The position numbers and the translations under genes are program-made. The notes below the pieces were generated by a model that was not told the DNA's origin, ran no database searches, and was given only the letters and a program-made list of their open reading frames with translations. Positions 48,944 to 57,995 of a stretch of DNA of 64,000 nucleotides are shown here, piece after piece. The stretch's first letter is position 1. Every line of letters begins with the position of its first letter. Origin of the DNA: Cenarchaeum sp. (GTDB lineage Archaea; Thermoproteota; Nitrososphaeria; Nitrososphaerales; Nitrosopumilaceae). Location of the stretch: the NCBI GenBank assembly GCA_965242695.1, contig CBDESU010000001.1, forward strand, positions 1,696,001 to 1,760,000, given 5' to 3'.

Positions 48944-49449
48944 ATGGGTGCCAACGACATAGATGTGGCAGAGTTGTCCTTATCGCTACTCGACGAGCTT
49001 GACGACAGGGGAGGCTTTGCAGAAATCCAGAGTTTACAGACTACCTCGAGGTAGGCGCCGCATACGATATGAAAGTACGAATGGTGCTCACCTACTTAGC
49101 GCGGCACAACAAGCAAGTTGTGGGGTTCATGACGCTGGCAATGGCCCACCTGAACAGGTCTGAACAACCGACGTTTGGCATAGACACGTATGGGAACATA
49201 CCCGTGCTGGCCATAACAGCCCTAGCCACCGACAGCCGTTACGAGCGGCGTGGTGTTGGTCGGCATATGGTGAACAATGCCATGCTGATGGCGGCAGACA
49301 TTTCAAAACAGGTGGCGTGCAGGGCAGTCTACTTGAATTCACACCCCGACGCGGTAGGATTCTACAGAAAGCTAAAGTTCAAGACGCTGCCCTACTCGCC
49401 AAGCGTTAGCGAGCCACCTATGTACTTTGACCTTGTCGAAACCACGTGA
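48944..49449 (+). pseudogene. GNAT acetyltransferase (copy 2) with a 4-bp deletion frameshift near 49016-49020
   Basis: GGCTTTGCAGAAAT here versus GGCTTTGTTTGCAGAAAC in copy 1; the rest is a close paralog (ALATDSRYERRGVGR, GFYRKLKF, PMYFDL). Confidence 0.85.
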
Positions 49450-49757
49450 CAACTACATAACCGCAAAATGGTCACCAAGATGTGCGAGTGGCAAGTGCGC
49501 CGCACGCCTAACGCGTTGCAGCACATGCGCAATGATGGTGCGGGCGAGAATTCGCCAAGGGCTTACGACCGCCGCATATTCCAAGAAGATTCATACCACC
49601 ACCGCCCCCATCCCCTCCCAATCGGTGGCCCGCCCCACCCCCTCCCGCTTTCTGCCAAACAGGAAAGCGCATGAGGGTCCCAATCCACGAGCAGGTCGGA
49701 AGCATGCTGCATGCCCATGCCGTGTCACGGACAGGTGTCGCGCAGCGAGCAGGCGGA

Positions 49758-49927
49758 GTCGCAAGATCCTACAGCATCGCGCCACTCTAGCCGCCCCATG
49801 ACGATAAGCCCTTGTCCGAAGTGAACAGACGTCCGCACCTGCAGCGTCGCGCCATCTTGGCAACACCGTCACTCATTACGAACGGGGGCGTTATCGGACG
49901 TCCGCACCTGCAGCGTCGCGCCATCTT
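49758..49927. repeat. Two identical 31-bp direct repeats (49828, 49897) with a 38-bp spacer, plus a degenerate copy near 49758-49789
   Basis: GACGTCCGCACCTGCAGCGTCGCGCCATCTT twice; cctacagcatcgcgcca one period upstream. Confidence 0.8.
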
Positions 49928-50098
49928 AGTAGCCCGGGTATGTCCCCTGTTCCGTTGATGGCATGTCCTAGAGCACCACACAGGGTGCACACGGCGCGAA
50001 TGCAGGGACAGGTGGGGAGGGGTGGCAGGCCCCGTCTCACCCCGGAGCGGCCGGCGGGCGCGGTTGGCTTTTATTATCGCGCTACGGGCTCGGCCCGT

Positions 50099-50221
50099 CC
50101 CAAGCTAGCTCAGCCTGGTAGAGCTCCCGGCTGTAGGTGCCGGCCAAGACGGCTGACGCTGACGGCGTGCCAGGCTACAGACACCGGGTTGTCGAAGGTT
50201 CAATTCCTTCGCTTGGGACCA
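50099..50221 (+). tRNA. tRNA-Tyr(GTA) with 46-nt canonical 37/38 intron (50137-50182); CCA encoded
   Basis: CCCAAGC/GCTTGGG acceptor stem; CCCGG-CTGTAG^A-CCGGG anticodon arm; CTGT/ACAG central BHB helix; GGTTCAATTCC T-arm. Confidence 0.92.
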
Positions 50222-50256
50222 CATCAAAGCGGGCGGCGCGGCCGCGGCCGCGCGCC

Positions 50257-51321
50257 CTACGGGTTGATCACGGCCCTGCCGTTGAGCCGCCGCGCCCGCA
50301 GGTCCTCGAGCGCCCCGTTGGCCTCGTCGAGCGAGTACCGCCGGTCTATGCGGGGCCGGATCGACCCCCTGGCCGCAAGCCCGATCAGGTCTACCATGTC
50401 GGCGTACGTGCCGGTGTACGCGCCGCGTATGCTGATCGACTTTAGCGGGACGGTCACGAGCGGGAGCTCGATGCGGCCGCCGAACAGGCCGACGAGGACC
50501 AGGGTGCCCCTCTTGCGCAGCGAGGCCAGGCCGGCGGCTGCCGTGTTCGGCGCGTTGACAAAGTCGATCACCCCGCCGGCGCCGCCGCTGCCGCCGCACA
50601 CTTCGGCGATCCTCTCGGCCAGGCGGGCCGGCTCGTAGCCGCGCGAGTTTATCGTGTGGTCGGCGCCCATGGACGCGGCAGTCTCCAGCTTTGCATCGTC
50701 GAGGTCGACGCATACGACCCTGGCCTGCGTCGTCGCCTTTGCTATCTGCACGCCCATGAGGCCGAGCCCCCCGGTGCCGAACATGACGATGTGCTCGGGA
50801 TCGGACTCGGCCGCCTTTTTGACCGCCGTGTACGACGTAAGGGCCGCGCACGCGAGGGACGTCGCCTCGTCGGGATCCACGCCCTGCGTCTTTGCCAGGT
50901 AGCGGTGGCTCGGCACCTTTACGAACTCGGCGTACCCGCCGTCGCGGAACAGCCCGACCGAGCCGGGCGTGTCGCAGACGTTCTCGCTGCCCGACCGGCA
51001 CACGGGGCACGAGCCGCAGCCGAGCCACGGGTACACCAGCACCTCGTCGCCCCTTGAAAAGCCCCCTGCGAGGGGGCCGGCCTCGTGGACGGTCCCGGCG
51101 ATCTCGTGGCCTGGCGTGACGGGGTACCTTACGCCGCGGTCCGTGACGCGCAGGAACGTGCCGTCGCCCATGTCGTAGCCGCCCTCCCAGAGGTGCAGGT
51201 CGCTGTGGCAGACGCCGGCGGACCGAACGCGCACGACGACCTCTTCGCCCTCGGGCACGGGAACGTCGACGTCGGAGACGACAAGCGGCGCCTTTGGCTC
51301 GACGATTCGGGCGGCCTTCAC
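50257..51321 (-). CDS. Zinc-dependent alcohol dehydrogenase
   Basis: GVCHSDLH, GHE, CGSCPVC...C and GTGGLG motifs. Confidence 0.93.
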   Translation of the reverse strand: MKAARIVEPKAPLVVSDVDVPVPEGEEVVVRVRSAGVCHSDLHLWEGGYDMGDGTFLRVTDRGVRYPVTPGHEIAGTVHEAGPLAGGFSRGDEVLVYPWLGCGSCPVCRSGSENVCDTPGSVGLFRDGGYAEFVKVPSHRYLAKTQGVDPDEATSLACAALTSYTAVKKAAESDPEHIVMFGTGGLGLMGVQIAKATTQARVVCVDLDDAKLETAASMGADHTINSRGYEPARLAERIAEVCGGSGGAGGVIDFVNAPNTAAAGLASLRKRGTLVLVGLFGGRIELPLVTVPLKSISIRGAYTGTYADMVDLIGLAARGSIRPRIDRRYSLDEANGALEDLRARRLNGRAVINP

Positions 51322-51434
51322 GGCGCGGCGCGCACGCAGGCGATAATATATGTCGTCCACGGGGGCGGGCGCCCGCCAGCGGCGGGGCGGCCGGCGCCGC
51401 CGATGCCCCGGCCGGCCCGGCGGCACGCAGCCGG

Positions 51435-52219
51435 TCAGCAAAAGTTCTGGACTGCGTAAAAGCCGCCGTCCCCGATCGCGACGCCGACGCCGAGGCGGTC
51501 GTACCTGCCGTCAAGGATGTTCTGGCGGTGGCCGGGGCTGTCCATCCACGAGTCGACTGCGCCGGCGGCCACCGGGACAGTGTACGCCGCATGCCCGCTC
51601 ATGTAGATGTTCTCGGCCACGCCCGTCCAGACGACCGCCCCGACCCGCTTTTCGCATGCGTATCCGGCGGCGGCGGCCCGGTCCGTGGGGTCTAGCCCTT
51701 CCGGCGAGTCGTGCATAAAGTAGCCGCGCTCGGCCATGTCCTCCGCATGCCCGCGCGCGATGCCGTCAAGCCGCGCATCGCGCGCCAGTGGCGGGAGGCC
51801 CGCGGCCGCCCTCGCCTCGTTGGTAGCGTTATGGATTGCAGACGATGCGGCCCCGTCGTCTATTCGCGGCTCCAGCGGCGGAAGGACGCCCCCGGCAAGC
51901 TCGCGCGCATCCCCGGCCCCTCGAGGGCGGCTCCGGCCGCGCCGGCAGCCCCGTCGGCGAGCGGACCGGCAAGGGACTCGGCCTGCCGGAGCGCATCCTG
52001 CGCCGCCTGGGGCTGGACGGCCGCCGCAAGGGCTGCGGCTGCGACCAAGGCGGAAGCGCAGGTGGCCACCACGAGGGCGGCGCGGCGGCGGGGGCCGTTC
52101 CGTCGGCGGCCGCTACGCCGGCGGCGTCGATCGCGCCGGCCGCGGCCCACCTCTGCGCCGCACTCGGTGCACACCATAATGCCGGATGTAGTCCTGACAA
52201 GGCTGTGCCTGCACCCCAC
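51435..52219 (-). pseudogene. Membrane-anchored CAP (SCP) domain protein with N-terminal zinc ribbon, 1-bp frameshift at about 51911-51920
   Basis: VGCRH..CTECG and a TM segment in one frame; HNATNEARAAAGLPPL..HAEDMAERGYFMH..ENI..WMDSPGHRQNIL in another; frames join by adding one G to a G4 run. Confidence 0.78.
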
Positions 52220-52351
52220 GCCGCGGGCATCCGGCTGGGGCCTTTTAACGATCGGGGAGCGACGCGCAGGTGGAGGTGCGATCGGCCCGGTTGCGCGCAG
52301 GGATCGGCGGCGCGAAACCGATTTATCGGCGGGCTGCGCCGTGCGGGCGGC

Positions 52352-53299
52352 ATGGAGGCAGAGGGCGGGGCGGCCGGGGCGGAGGCAGAGGCTGCCGCCG
52401 GGGGCGCAGGCCAGGCCGCGGGCGGCGCGTCCGTCAAGTCGGACATCTCGCACGCCCCCGTCAACGTCCTGTTCAACATGTCGTCGATCGCAAAGAGGGA
52501 CGTGTGGGACATCGACCTGATCAAGATACTCGAGCTGCTCACGTCGATCCTCGAGAGGTCCGGCAAGAAGGACCTCAGGGTTGCCGGAATGGCCGCCCTG
52601 TCGTCGTCGCTCATCTACCGGATGAAGGTCGACAGGATATTCGCCCTGCACAGGGAGGCCATGGAGAAGAGGCCGGTCGTCGACAGGCGCGACGTCGACA
52701 TCACCATGCTAGACATCCCGTACCGCCACGAGCCGACGAGGCCCGTGTCCCTCGACGAGCTGCTCGGCATACTCGAGAGCCTGATAAGCACCATCGCCAA
52801 CCCCAAGAGCAGGCGGGGGCGCCTCGTCGTCGAGGCCGACCCCGAGCCAAAGTTCGAGGACGCCTTCATAGCGATCGAGAACTTTATCGGCAAGTACGAG
52901 GCGCTCATACTCTCAAAGCTCGGGGCCGGCTACGGAGGCAGCGGACTCCTCGGCGACATGACGGCCGGCCTTGACGACTTGGACGCCGTGCGGTGCTTTC
53001 TGGCAGTCCTTTTCCTGGCGCGAGACCAGAGGGTCGACCTGGCGCAGGAGGGAGAGGACATCAGGGTCACCCTCATGGCAGGGGCCGCCGCGGAGTCGAA
53101 AAGTCCGCCGGCCGGATCCGCAGAGGTCGTGCCGGAGGGGGCAGGGGCCGGGGCGGCAGGGGCCGGGGCGGCAGGGGCCGGGGCGGCGGCCGAAGCGGCC
53201 GCCGCGGAGGCGGCAGGGGCCGGGGCGGCGGCCGAAGCGGCCGCCGCGGAGGCGGCAGGGGCCGGGGCCGGCGCTCCGGAGGCGGGCATTCCGCAATGA
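52352..53299 (+). CDS. scpA: Segregation and condensation protein A-like (kleisin)
   Basis: VWDIDL, RPVSLDELL and FLAVLFLA..Q motifs; directly upstream of scpB; Ala-rich repetitive tail. Confidence 0.8.
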   Translation: MEAEGGAAGAEAEAAAGGAGQAAGGASVKSDISHAPVNVLFNMSSIAKRDVWDIDLIKILELLTSILERSGKKDLRVAGMAALSSSLIYRMKVDRIFALHREAMEKRPVVDRRDVDITMLDIPYRHEPTRPVSLDELLGILESLISTIANPKSRRGRLVVEADPEPKFEDAFIAIENFIGKYEALILSKLGAGYGGSGLLGDMTAGLDDLDAVRCFLAVLFLARDQRVDLAQEGEDIRVTLMAGAAAESKSPPAGSAEVVPEGAGAGAAGAGAAGAGAAAEAAAAEAAGAGAAAEAAAAEAAGAGAGAPEAGIPQ

Positions 53300-53841
53300 A
53301 TGCCAAAGCCGTCAGCGACTCGGAGGCGACGGCCAGGATAGAGGCGGCGCTCTACTCGGCCGGCAGGCCGCTCACGATCAAGGAGATCATGCACGCTTCA
53401 GGGACGGGATCGCGCACAAGGACGGGGCACCTGCTCGATGCGATAATGAAGAAGGCGAGGAGCGCCTTCAAGGCCATCGAGATAACGGCGCTCCCCGACG
53501 GATCGTTCGTGCTGCAGCTCAAGCCGCAGTACAGCGGCATCATCAGGCGGTACGCGTCAAAGCCCATACTGCCAAAGGCCACCCTCAAGACCCTCTCGTA
53601 CATAGCCTACAAGCAGCCCGTGTCGTCAAAGGACCTGGTCGAGACGAGGGGGTCTGGCGTGTACGCCCACCTGCGCGACCTGCGGCAGCTCGACTACATC
53701 ACGCACCAGAACGTCGGCCGGCTGAAGATATACTCGACGACCGACAGCTTTCAAAAGTACTTTGGGATAAAGGGCGACCAGGACACGCTCAGGGAGATGC
53801 TGTTCGCAAAGGTCAAGAAGACGGCGCAGCAGGGAGGCTGA
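53296..53841 (+). CDS. scpB: SMC-Scp complex subunit ScpB
   Basis: IEAALYSAGRPL, LKTLSYIAYKQPV and YSTTDSFQKYFG motifs. Confidence 0.93.
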   Translation: MNAKAVSDSEATARIEAALYSAGRPLTIKEIMHASGTGSRTRTGHLLDAIMKKARSAFKAIEITALPDGSFVLQLKPQYSGIIRRYASKPILPKATLKTLSYIAYKQPVSSKDLVETRGSGVYAHLRDLRQLDYITHQNVGRLKIYSTTDSFQKYFGIKGDQDTLREMLFAKVKKTAQQGG

Positions 53842-54070
53842 GGATGCGGCCGAGGCGGCGCGGCGGCGCCCACGGACAGGCGCCCGCCTCGCCCCCGATC
53901 GCCCCTAGCGGCGGCGGGAGGCGGAGGCGCCGCGTCCCCGCCCCTCGCCGGCCCCGCCCCTCGCCGGCCCCGCCCCTCGCCGGCCCCGCATGCGGCAGGC
54001 GCGCGGCGGCCGCGGGCCGCGGATGCGGGGCGGCGGCAAGCGTTAAATTGCCCCCCTTTGGGCGCCGGCC

Positions 54071-54448
54071 GTGCGAAAGTCGGTAGAGAACCTTGCGACG
54101 AGCAAGCTGACGGGCGGCCGGCGCCATCCGCTGCGCATACGCCGCAAGTACGAGATCGACAGGTACCCCAACGAGGCCCTGGCCGGCGCGCAGGAGACCG
54201 TGACGCGCAAGGTGCGCGGCCGGCGCGCAAAGACGGCCCTAAAGACGGTCGACTTTGTGAACCTGGCAGGCGCCGGCGAAAAGGTCGTAAAGTCGAAGAT
54301 ACTAAAGGTCCTAGAGAACCCCACGAACAACGACTACCAGAGGCGCGGCGTCATCACAAAGGGCGCCGTCCTAGAGACGAAGGAGGGCAGGTGCAGGGTG
54401 ATCTCGCGGCCCGGCCAGACCGGCACGGCAAGCGCCGTCCTGCTGTAG
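54071..54448 (+). CDS. rps8e: 30S ribosomal protein S8e
   Basis: TGGR, RKYE, ENPTN..RRGVITKGAV and SRPGQ motifs. Confidence 0.95.
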   Translation: MRKSVENLATSKLTGGRRHPLRIRRKYEIDRYPNEALAGAQETVTRKVRGRRAKTALKTVDFVNLAGAGEKVVKSKILKVLENPTNNDYQRRGVITKGAVLETKEGRCRVISRPGQTGTASAVLL

Positions 54449-54457
54449 CGTGGTACA

Positions 54458-54775
54458 ATGAAGGACTACGACCATGTCGTGGTCTGGCTAGACTACTTCA
54501 ACAAGAACCTGTCGCGCACAAAGGGCCGCCGCATGCCGCGCGACAGGTGCGTCTTCGACCCCACCCTCAAGGAGCTCGCCGATGCGGCGGCGGCGGCCGG
54601 CCTCTCGGTGGCCGAGCAGTCCGAGGGGGCGCGCTTTCCGAGGAGGGCGTACGTGAGGTCTGGGTACGTCGTCCTGCCCAAGGACGGCCCAAAGTCGGCC
54701 CACATGCGCCGCATCTCGGACGCGCTGACGGCGCGGCGCGCCAGGCGCTCGAAGGGCAAGGGCAGAAAAAGCTGA
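54458..54775 (+). CDS. srp19: Signal recognition particle 19 kDa protein
   Basis: VVWLDYFNKNLSRTKGRRMPR..P motif. Confidence 0.92.
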   Translation: MKDYDHVVVWLDYFNKNLSRTKGRRMPRDRCVFDPTLKELADAAAAAGLSVAEQSEGARFPRRAYVRSGYVVLPKDGPKSAHMRRISDALTARRARRSKGKGRKS

Positions 54776-54834
54776 GCGCTGGGTCTACAAAAGCTGACCG
54801 AAGCGTTTGTTAACAGGCGGCGCGGCGCCCATGC

Positions 54835-55194
54835 GTGCAGGAGGCAGGTACGATCGTGCATGTTGCCGGAAGCGGCAGGGCCATCGTGAGGCTCTCGCGC
54901 GCCGTCGACGAGGGCCGCGTGCTGTGCGATCGGCGCAGCTCGGCCGTGGCAAGGGTCGTCGAGCTGATCGGTCCCGTCTCGGCCCCGTTCGCATCGGCCG
55001 CGCCCATGAGCAACAGCATCGCAAAGTACGTCGGCCGCAGGGTTTACGAGTCAGAGGGGGCGGGGCGGCGCGGGCCCGAGGAGGATGATCGGCGGCAGCG
55101 GGCGGGGCGGCGCGGGCCCGAGGAGGATGATCGGCGGCAGCGGGCGGGGCGGCGGCCCTCCGGCGCGCGGGCAGGCGGGAGGCGGCGCAGGTGA
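54835..55194 (+). CDS. gar1: H/ACA RNP component Gar1
   Basis: VARVVELIGPVSAPFA motif; located between srp19 and tfb; duplicated 42-bp unit in the tail. Confidence 0.8.
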   Translation: MQEAGTIVHVAGSGRAIVRLSRAVDEGRVLCDRRSSAVARVVELIGPVSAPFASAAPMSNSIAKYVGRRVYESEGAGRRGPEEDDRRQRAGRRGPEEDDRRQRAGRRPSGARAGGRRRR

Positions 55195-56348
55195 CGGCGC
55201 CGACGCCGGCTACGGCCGTGCTGACGGGGTACCAGTGCCGCGCATGCAGGGCGAGCCTCGTGAGCGACCACATCCGCGAGGAGCTAGTCTGCCCAAAGTG
55301 CGGGATAGTCGCATCCGAGCAGCACGGAAGCCGAGAGATGGAGCGCGGCAGGCCCCCGCGCAGCGCCGGCGACGTGCGCCCGGGGCAGAGGGCGTCCGGC
55401 AAGACGACGCTGCTGCGCCACGACATGGGAATAGCCACGGACATTGCGCCCGTCGAGAGCGACTGCAACGGCAACAAGATCTCGCACGAGACGTCTGCCC
55501 ACATGCGCAGCATGCGCAAGCTGCAGAAGCGCATGCGGGCGTCTACGCCCAAGGACAGGAGGCTCGCGGAGATGCTGCGCACGATCGAGAACATGTGCGA
55601 GGCCGCCTCCCTCGTCGACAGCGTCCGCGAGACGGCCGCCATGACGTACAGGGCGGCGGCCAGGAAGATCGACGTCAAGGGAAGGTCAACCATCGGCATG
55701 GCGGCCGCATCGATACACATCGCGTGCAAGAAGCACGGCATTGTAAAGGGCCTCGCCGAGCTGTGCGCCGGCGTGTGCGCATCCGACGAAGAGGCGGCCA
55801 GGAAGTCGAAGCTTGCCACGCGCTGCTACCGCGACATGGTGATCGAGGCGAACGGGATGCAGGGGGAGCAGGCGCCGTTCGTTCCAATCTCAAAGTACAT
55901 ATCAAAGACGGCCAACATGGCATGCGTCGATGCGCGCATCGAGAGGCTCGCGCTGCGGCTGGCCGAGGCGGCGCCCGGCGGGCCGGCGCTCAGCGGAAAG
56001 ACCCCCCAGGGCGTGGCCGCGGCGTACCTGTACATCGCGTCGACCCTTCTCGCATGCCCAATGGCGCAGCACGACATATCGGCCGCCGCCGGCATCGGCG
56101 ACGTGACGATACGCACCAGATGCCGCGACATACTAGCGCAGCACCGGATCAGGATCACTGCAAGGCCTGCGCGGCAGGGCGGCGGCGCGGCCGCGCGCGG
56201 GACGGCGCCCGGGGGCGCGGCGGCTGAGAGCGGCGGGCCCGGGGGCGGCGCGGCCGGCCCGGGGGCGGCGGACGAGTTGGACGAGGCCGAGGAGTCGGCG
56301 GCAACAGGCCCCGGCGCGACAAGGCAGTCGCGGCTGTTCGGCTTTTAG
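55191..56348 (+). CDS. tfb: Transcription initiation factor IIB family protein (divergent)
   Basis: CRAC..ELVCPKCG zinc ribbon, HDMGIAT, and two cyclin repeats (GRS..AAASIHIAC; GKTPQGVAAAYLYIAS; VTIRTR). Confidence 0.88.
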   Translation: MTAPTPATAVLTGYQCRACRASLVSDHIREELVCPKCGIVASEQHGSREMERGRPPRSAGDVRPGQRASGKTTLLRHDMGIATDIAPVESDCNGNKISHETSAHMRSMRKLQKRMRASTPKDRRLAEMLRTIENMCEAASLVDSVRETAAMTYRAAARKIDVKGRSTIGMAAASIHIACKKHGIVKGLAELCAGVCASDEEAARKSKLATRCYRDMVIEANGMQGEQAPFVPISKYISKTANMACVDARIERLALRLAEAAPGGPALSGKTPQGVAAAYLYIASTLLACPMAQHDISAAAGIGDVTIRTRCRDILAQHRIRITARPARQGGGAAARGTAPGGAAAESGGPGGGAAGPGAADELDEAEESAATGPGATRQSRLFGF

Positions 56349-56426
56349 GCAAAGGGGCGCCGGAGCGGCCCTTAGGAACAGCTAAAATCCGCCGGCATTA
56401 TATACAGCGGCTCGGCGGCCCCCCTC

Positions 56427-57233
56427 ATGTCAGTCCTCGAGATCAGGGATCTGCGCGTCTCGCGCGACGGCAAGGAGATACTGAGGGGCGTAAACCTCAG
56501 GACCGGCCCCGGCGAGGTGCATGCAATCATGGGGCCCAACGGGTCTGGCAAGAGCACCCTTGCGTACACCCTGCTTGCGCACCCAAAGTACGAGGTCACG
56601 GGGGGCGACATCGTGCTCGACGGCGAGAGCATCCTGGGGCTGACGGCCGACGAGAGGGCCCGCAGGGGGCTCTTCCTCGGGTTCCAGTACCCGACAGAGG
56701 TCTCGGGGGTCGGCTTTTCGCACTTTTTGCGCACGTCGTACAACTCGCTGAGCAAGGCCCTGCAGGGGCAGGACAGGGAGGTGTTCATCACGGTGCGCGA
56801 GTTCCAAAAGTACCTAAAGGACAACCTCCGCCAGGTCGGCCTCAGGGACGAGTTCCTCTCGCGCTACCTCAACGAGGGGTTCTCGGGCGGCGAGAAGAAG
56901 CGCTCCGAGGTGCTGCAGATGGCCGTCCTCAAGCCGCGCATATCGATCCTGGACGAGCCCGACTCGGGCCTGGACGTCGACTCGGTGCAGGCCGTCGCCA
57001 AGGCGATCAGCGAGGTCTCGGGCAAGGACTCTACGACGATCGTCATTACCCACTATGCAAGGATACTAAAGTTCCTCAACAAGCTCGACCAGGTGCACGT
57101 CTTTGCGGGGGGCCGCATACTCAAGAGCGGCGGGCCGGCCCTTGCCGACGAGCTCGACGAAAAGGGGTACGAATGGGTGCTCGGCGGCCAGCAGGCGCAG
57201 GCCCAGCCGCAGCCGCAGCCGGCGGCGGCATGA
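56427..57233 (+). CDS. sufC: Fe-S cluster assembly ATPase SufC
   Basis: MGPNGSGKST, GFQYP, NEGFSGGEKKR, ILDEPDSGLD and ITHY motifs. Confidence 0.95.
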   Translation: MSVLEIRDLRVSRDGKEILRGVNLRTGPGEVHAIMGPNGSGKSTLAYTLLAHPKYEVTGGDIVLDGESILGLTADERARRGLFLGFQYPTEVSGVGFSHFLRTSYNSLSKALQGQDREVFITVREFQKYLKDNLRQVGLRDEFLSRYLNEGFSGGEKKRSEVLQMAVLKPRISILDEPDSGLDVDSVQAVAKAISEVSGKDSTTIVITHYARILKFLNKLDQVHVFAGGRILKSGGPALADELDEKGYEWVLGGQQAQAQPQPQPAAA

Positions 57234-57290
57234 CGGGCCGCGGCGCCCCATTCGACGGCGATTAAATAGAGCCGCTCGGCCGGCGGCGGC

Positions 57291-57995
57291 ATGGACGGCC
57301 AGCCCGAGGGAGACGCCGCCGAGGCGGACCGGCAGTACTTTTTCTGCCACATGTTCTTCAAGGTAGACCCGAAGTGGAGGTGGATGGCGGACCTGGCCAA
57401 GGAGGAGTCCGCCAAGGAGGTCGCCGGCGTCCTGGCCGCGTCCGGCGTGCGCCTCAGGACCTACTCCACGCTCGGCCTGCGCGACGATGCGGACTTTCTG
57501 CTGTGGTTTGCGGCCGAGTCGGTCGACGAGATACAGGGCGCCGCGGCCAGGCTGTACAAGACGGTGTTCGGCAAGTACATATCGCCGTCGCGCACGTACC
57601 TGTCGAGGACAAGGCCGTCGCTGTACGCCAGGGGCGGCGCGCCCGCGCCGCCGTCGTTCGCCGCCGGCAACGCCCCCAAGCGGTACGCCGTCGTGTACCC
57701 GTTTACAAAGTCGCGCGAGTGGTACCTCCTGTCGGCCGAGCAGCGGCGCGTCATGATGGACGAGCACATAGCGGTCGGGCAAAAGTACCCCGGCGTCGTC
57801 CTCAACACGGCGTACTCGTTCGGCGTGCACGACGAGGACTTTGTGCTCTCGTTCGAGTGCGACGGCCTCGCCGAGTTCCAGGACCTGATCATGGAGCTGC
57901 GCGAGACGGCCGTGTCCAGGTACGTGGACGTCGACACGCCGATGATCGTGTGCGTGAGCAAGGATATAATCCCCCTCGTTTTGAGCCTCGGCTAG
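57291..57995 (+). CDS. Chlorite dismutase/coproheme decarboxylase family heme protein
   Basis: VYPFTKSREWYLL, MMDEH, YSFG.D.DF and ELRET motifs. Confidence 0.88.
   Translation: MDGQPEGDAAEADRQYFFCHMFFKVDPKWRWMADLAKEESAKEVAGVLAASGVRLRTYSTLGLRDDADFLLWFAAESVDEIQGAAARLYKTVFGKYISPSRTYLSRTRPSLYARGGAPAPPSFAAGNAPKRYAVVYPFTKSREWYLLSAEQRRVMMDEHIAVGQKYPGVVLNTAYSFGVHDEDFVLSFECDGLAEFQDLIMELRETAVSRYVDVDTPMIVCVSKDIIPLVLSLG

Noticed and set aside
31308-50221. tRNA-Pro or tRNA-Tyr as prophage/island attachment sites
   Set aside because: No integrase and no duplicated tRNA 3' end seen in the window
56427-57233. sufC without adjacent sufB/sufD
   Set aside because: From recollection this separation is normal in Nitrosopumilaceae, so it is not treated as novel
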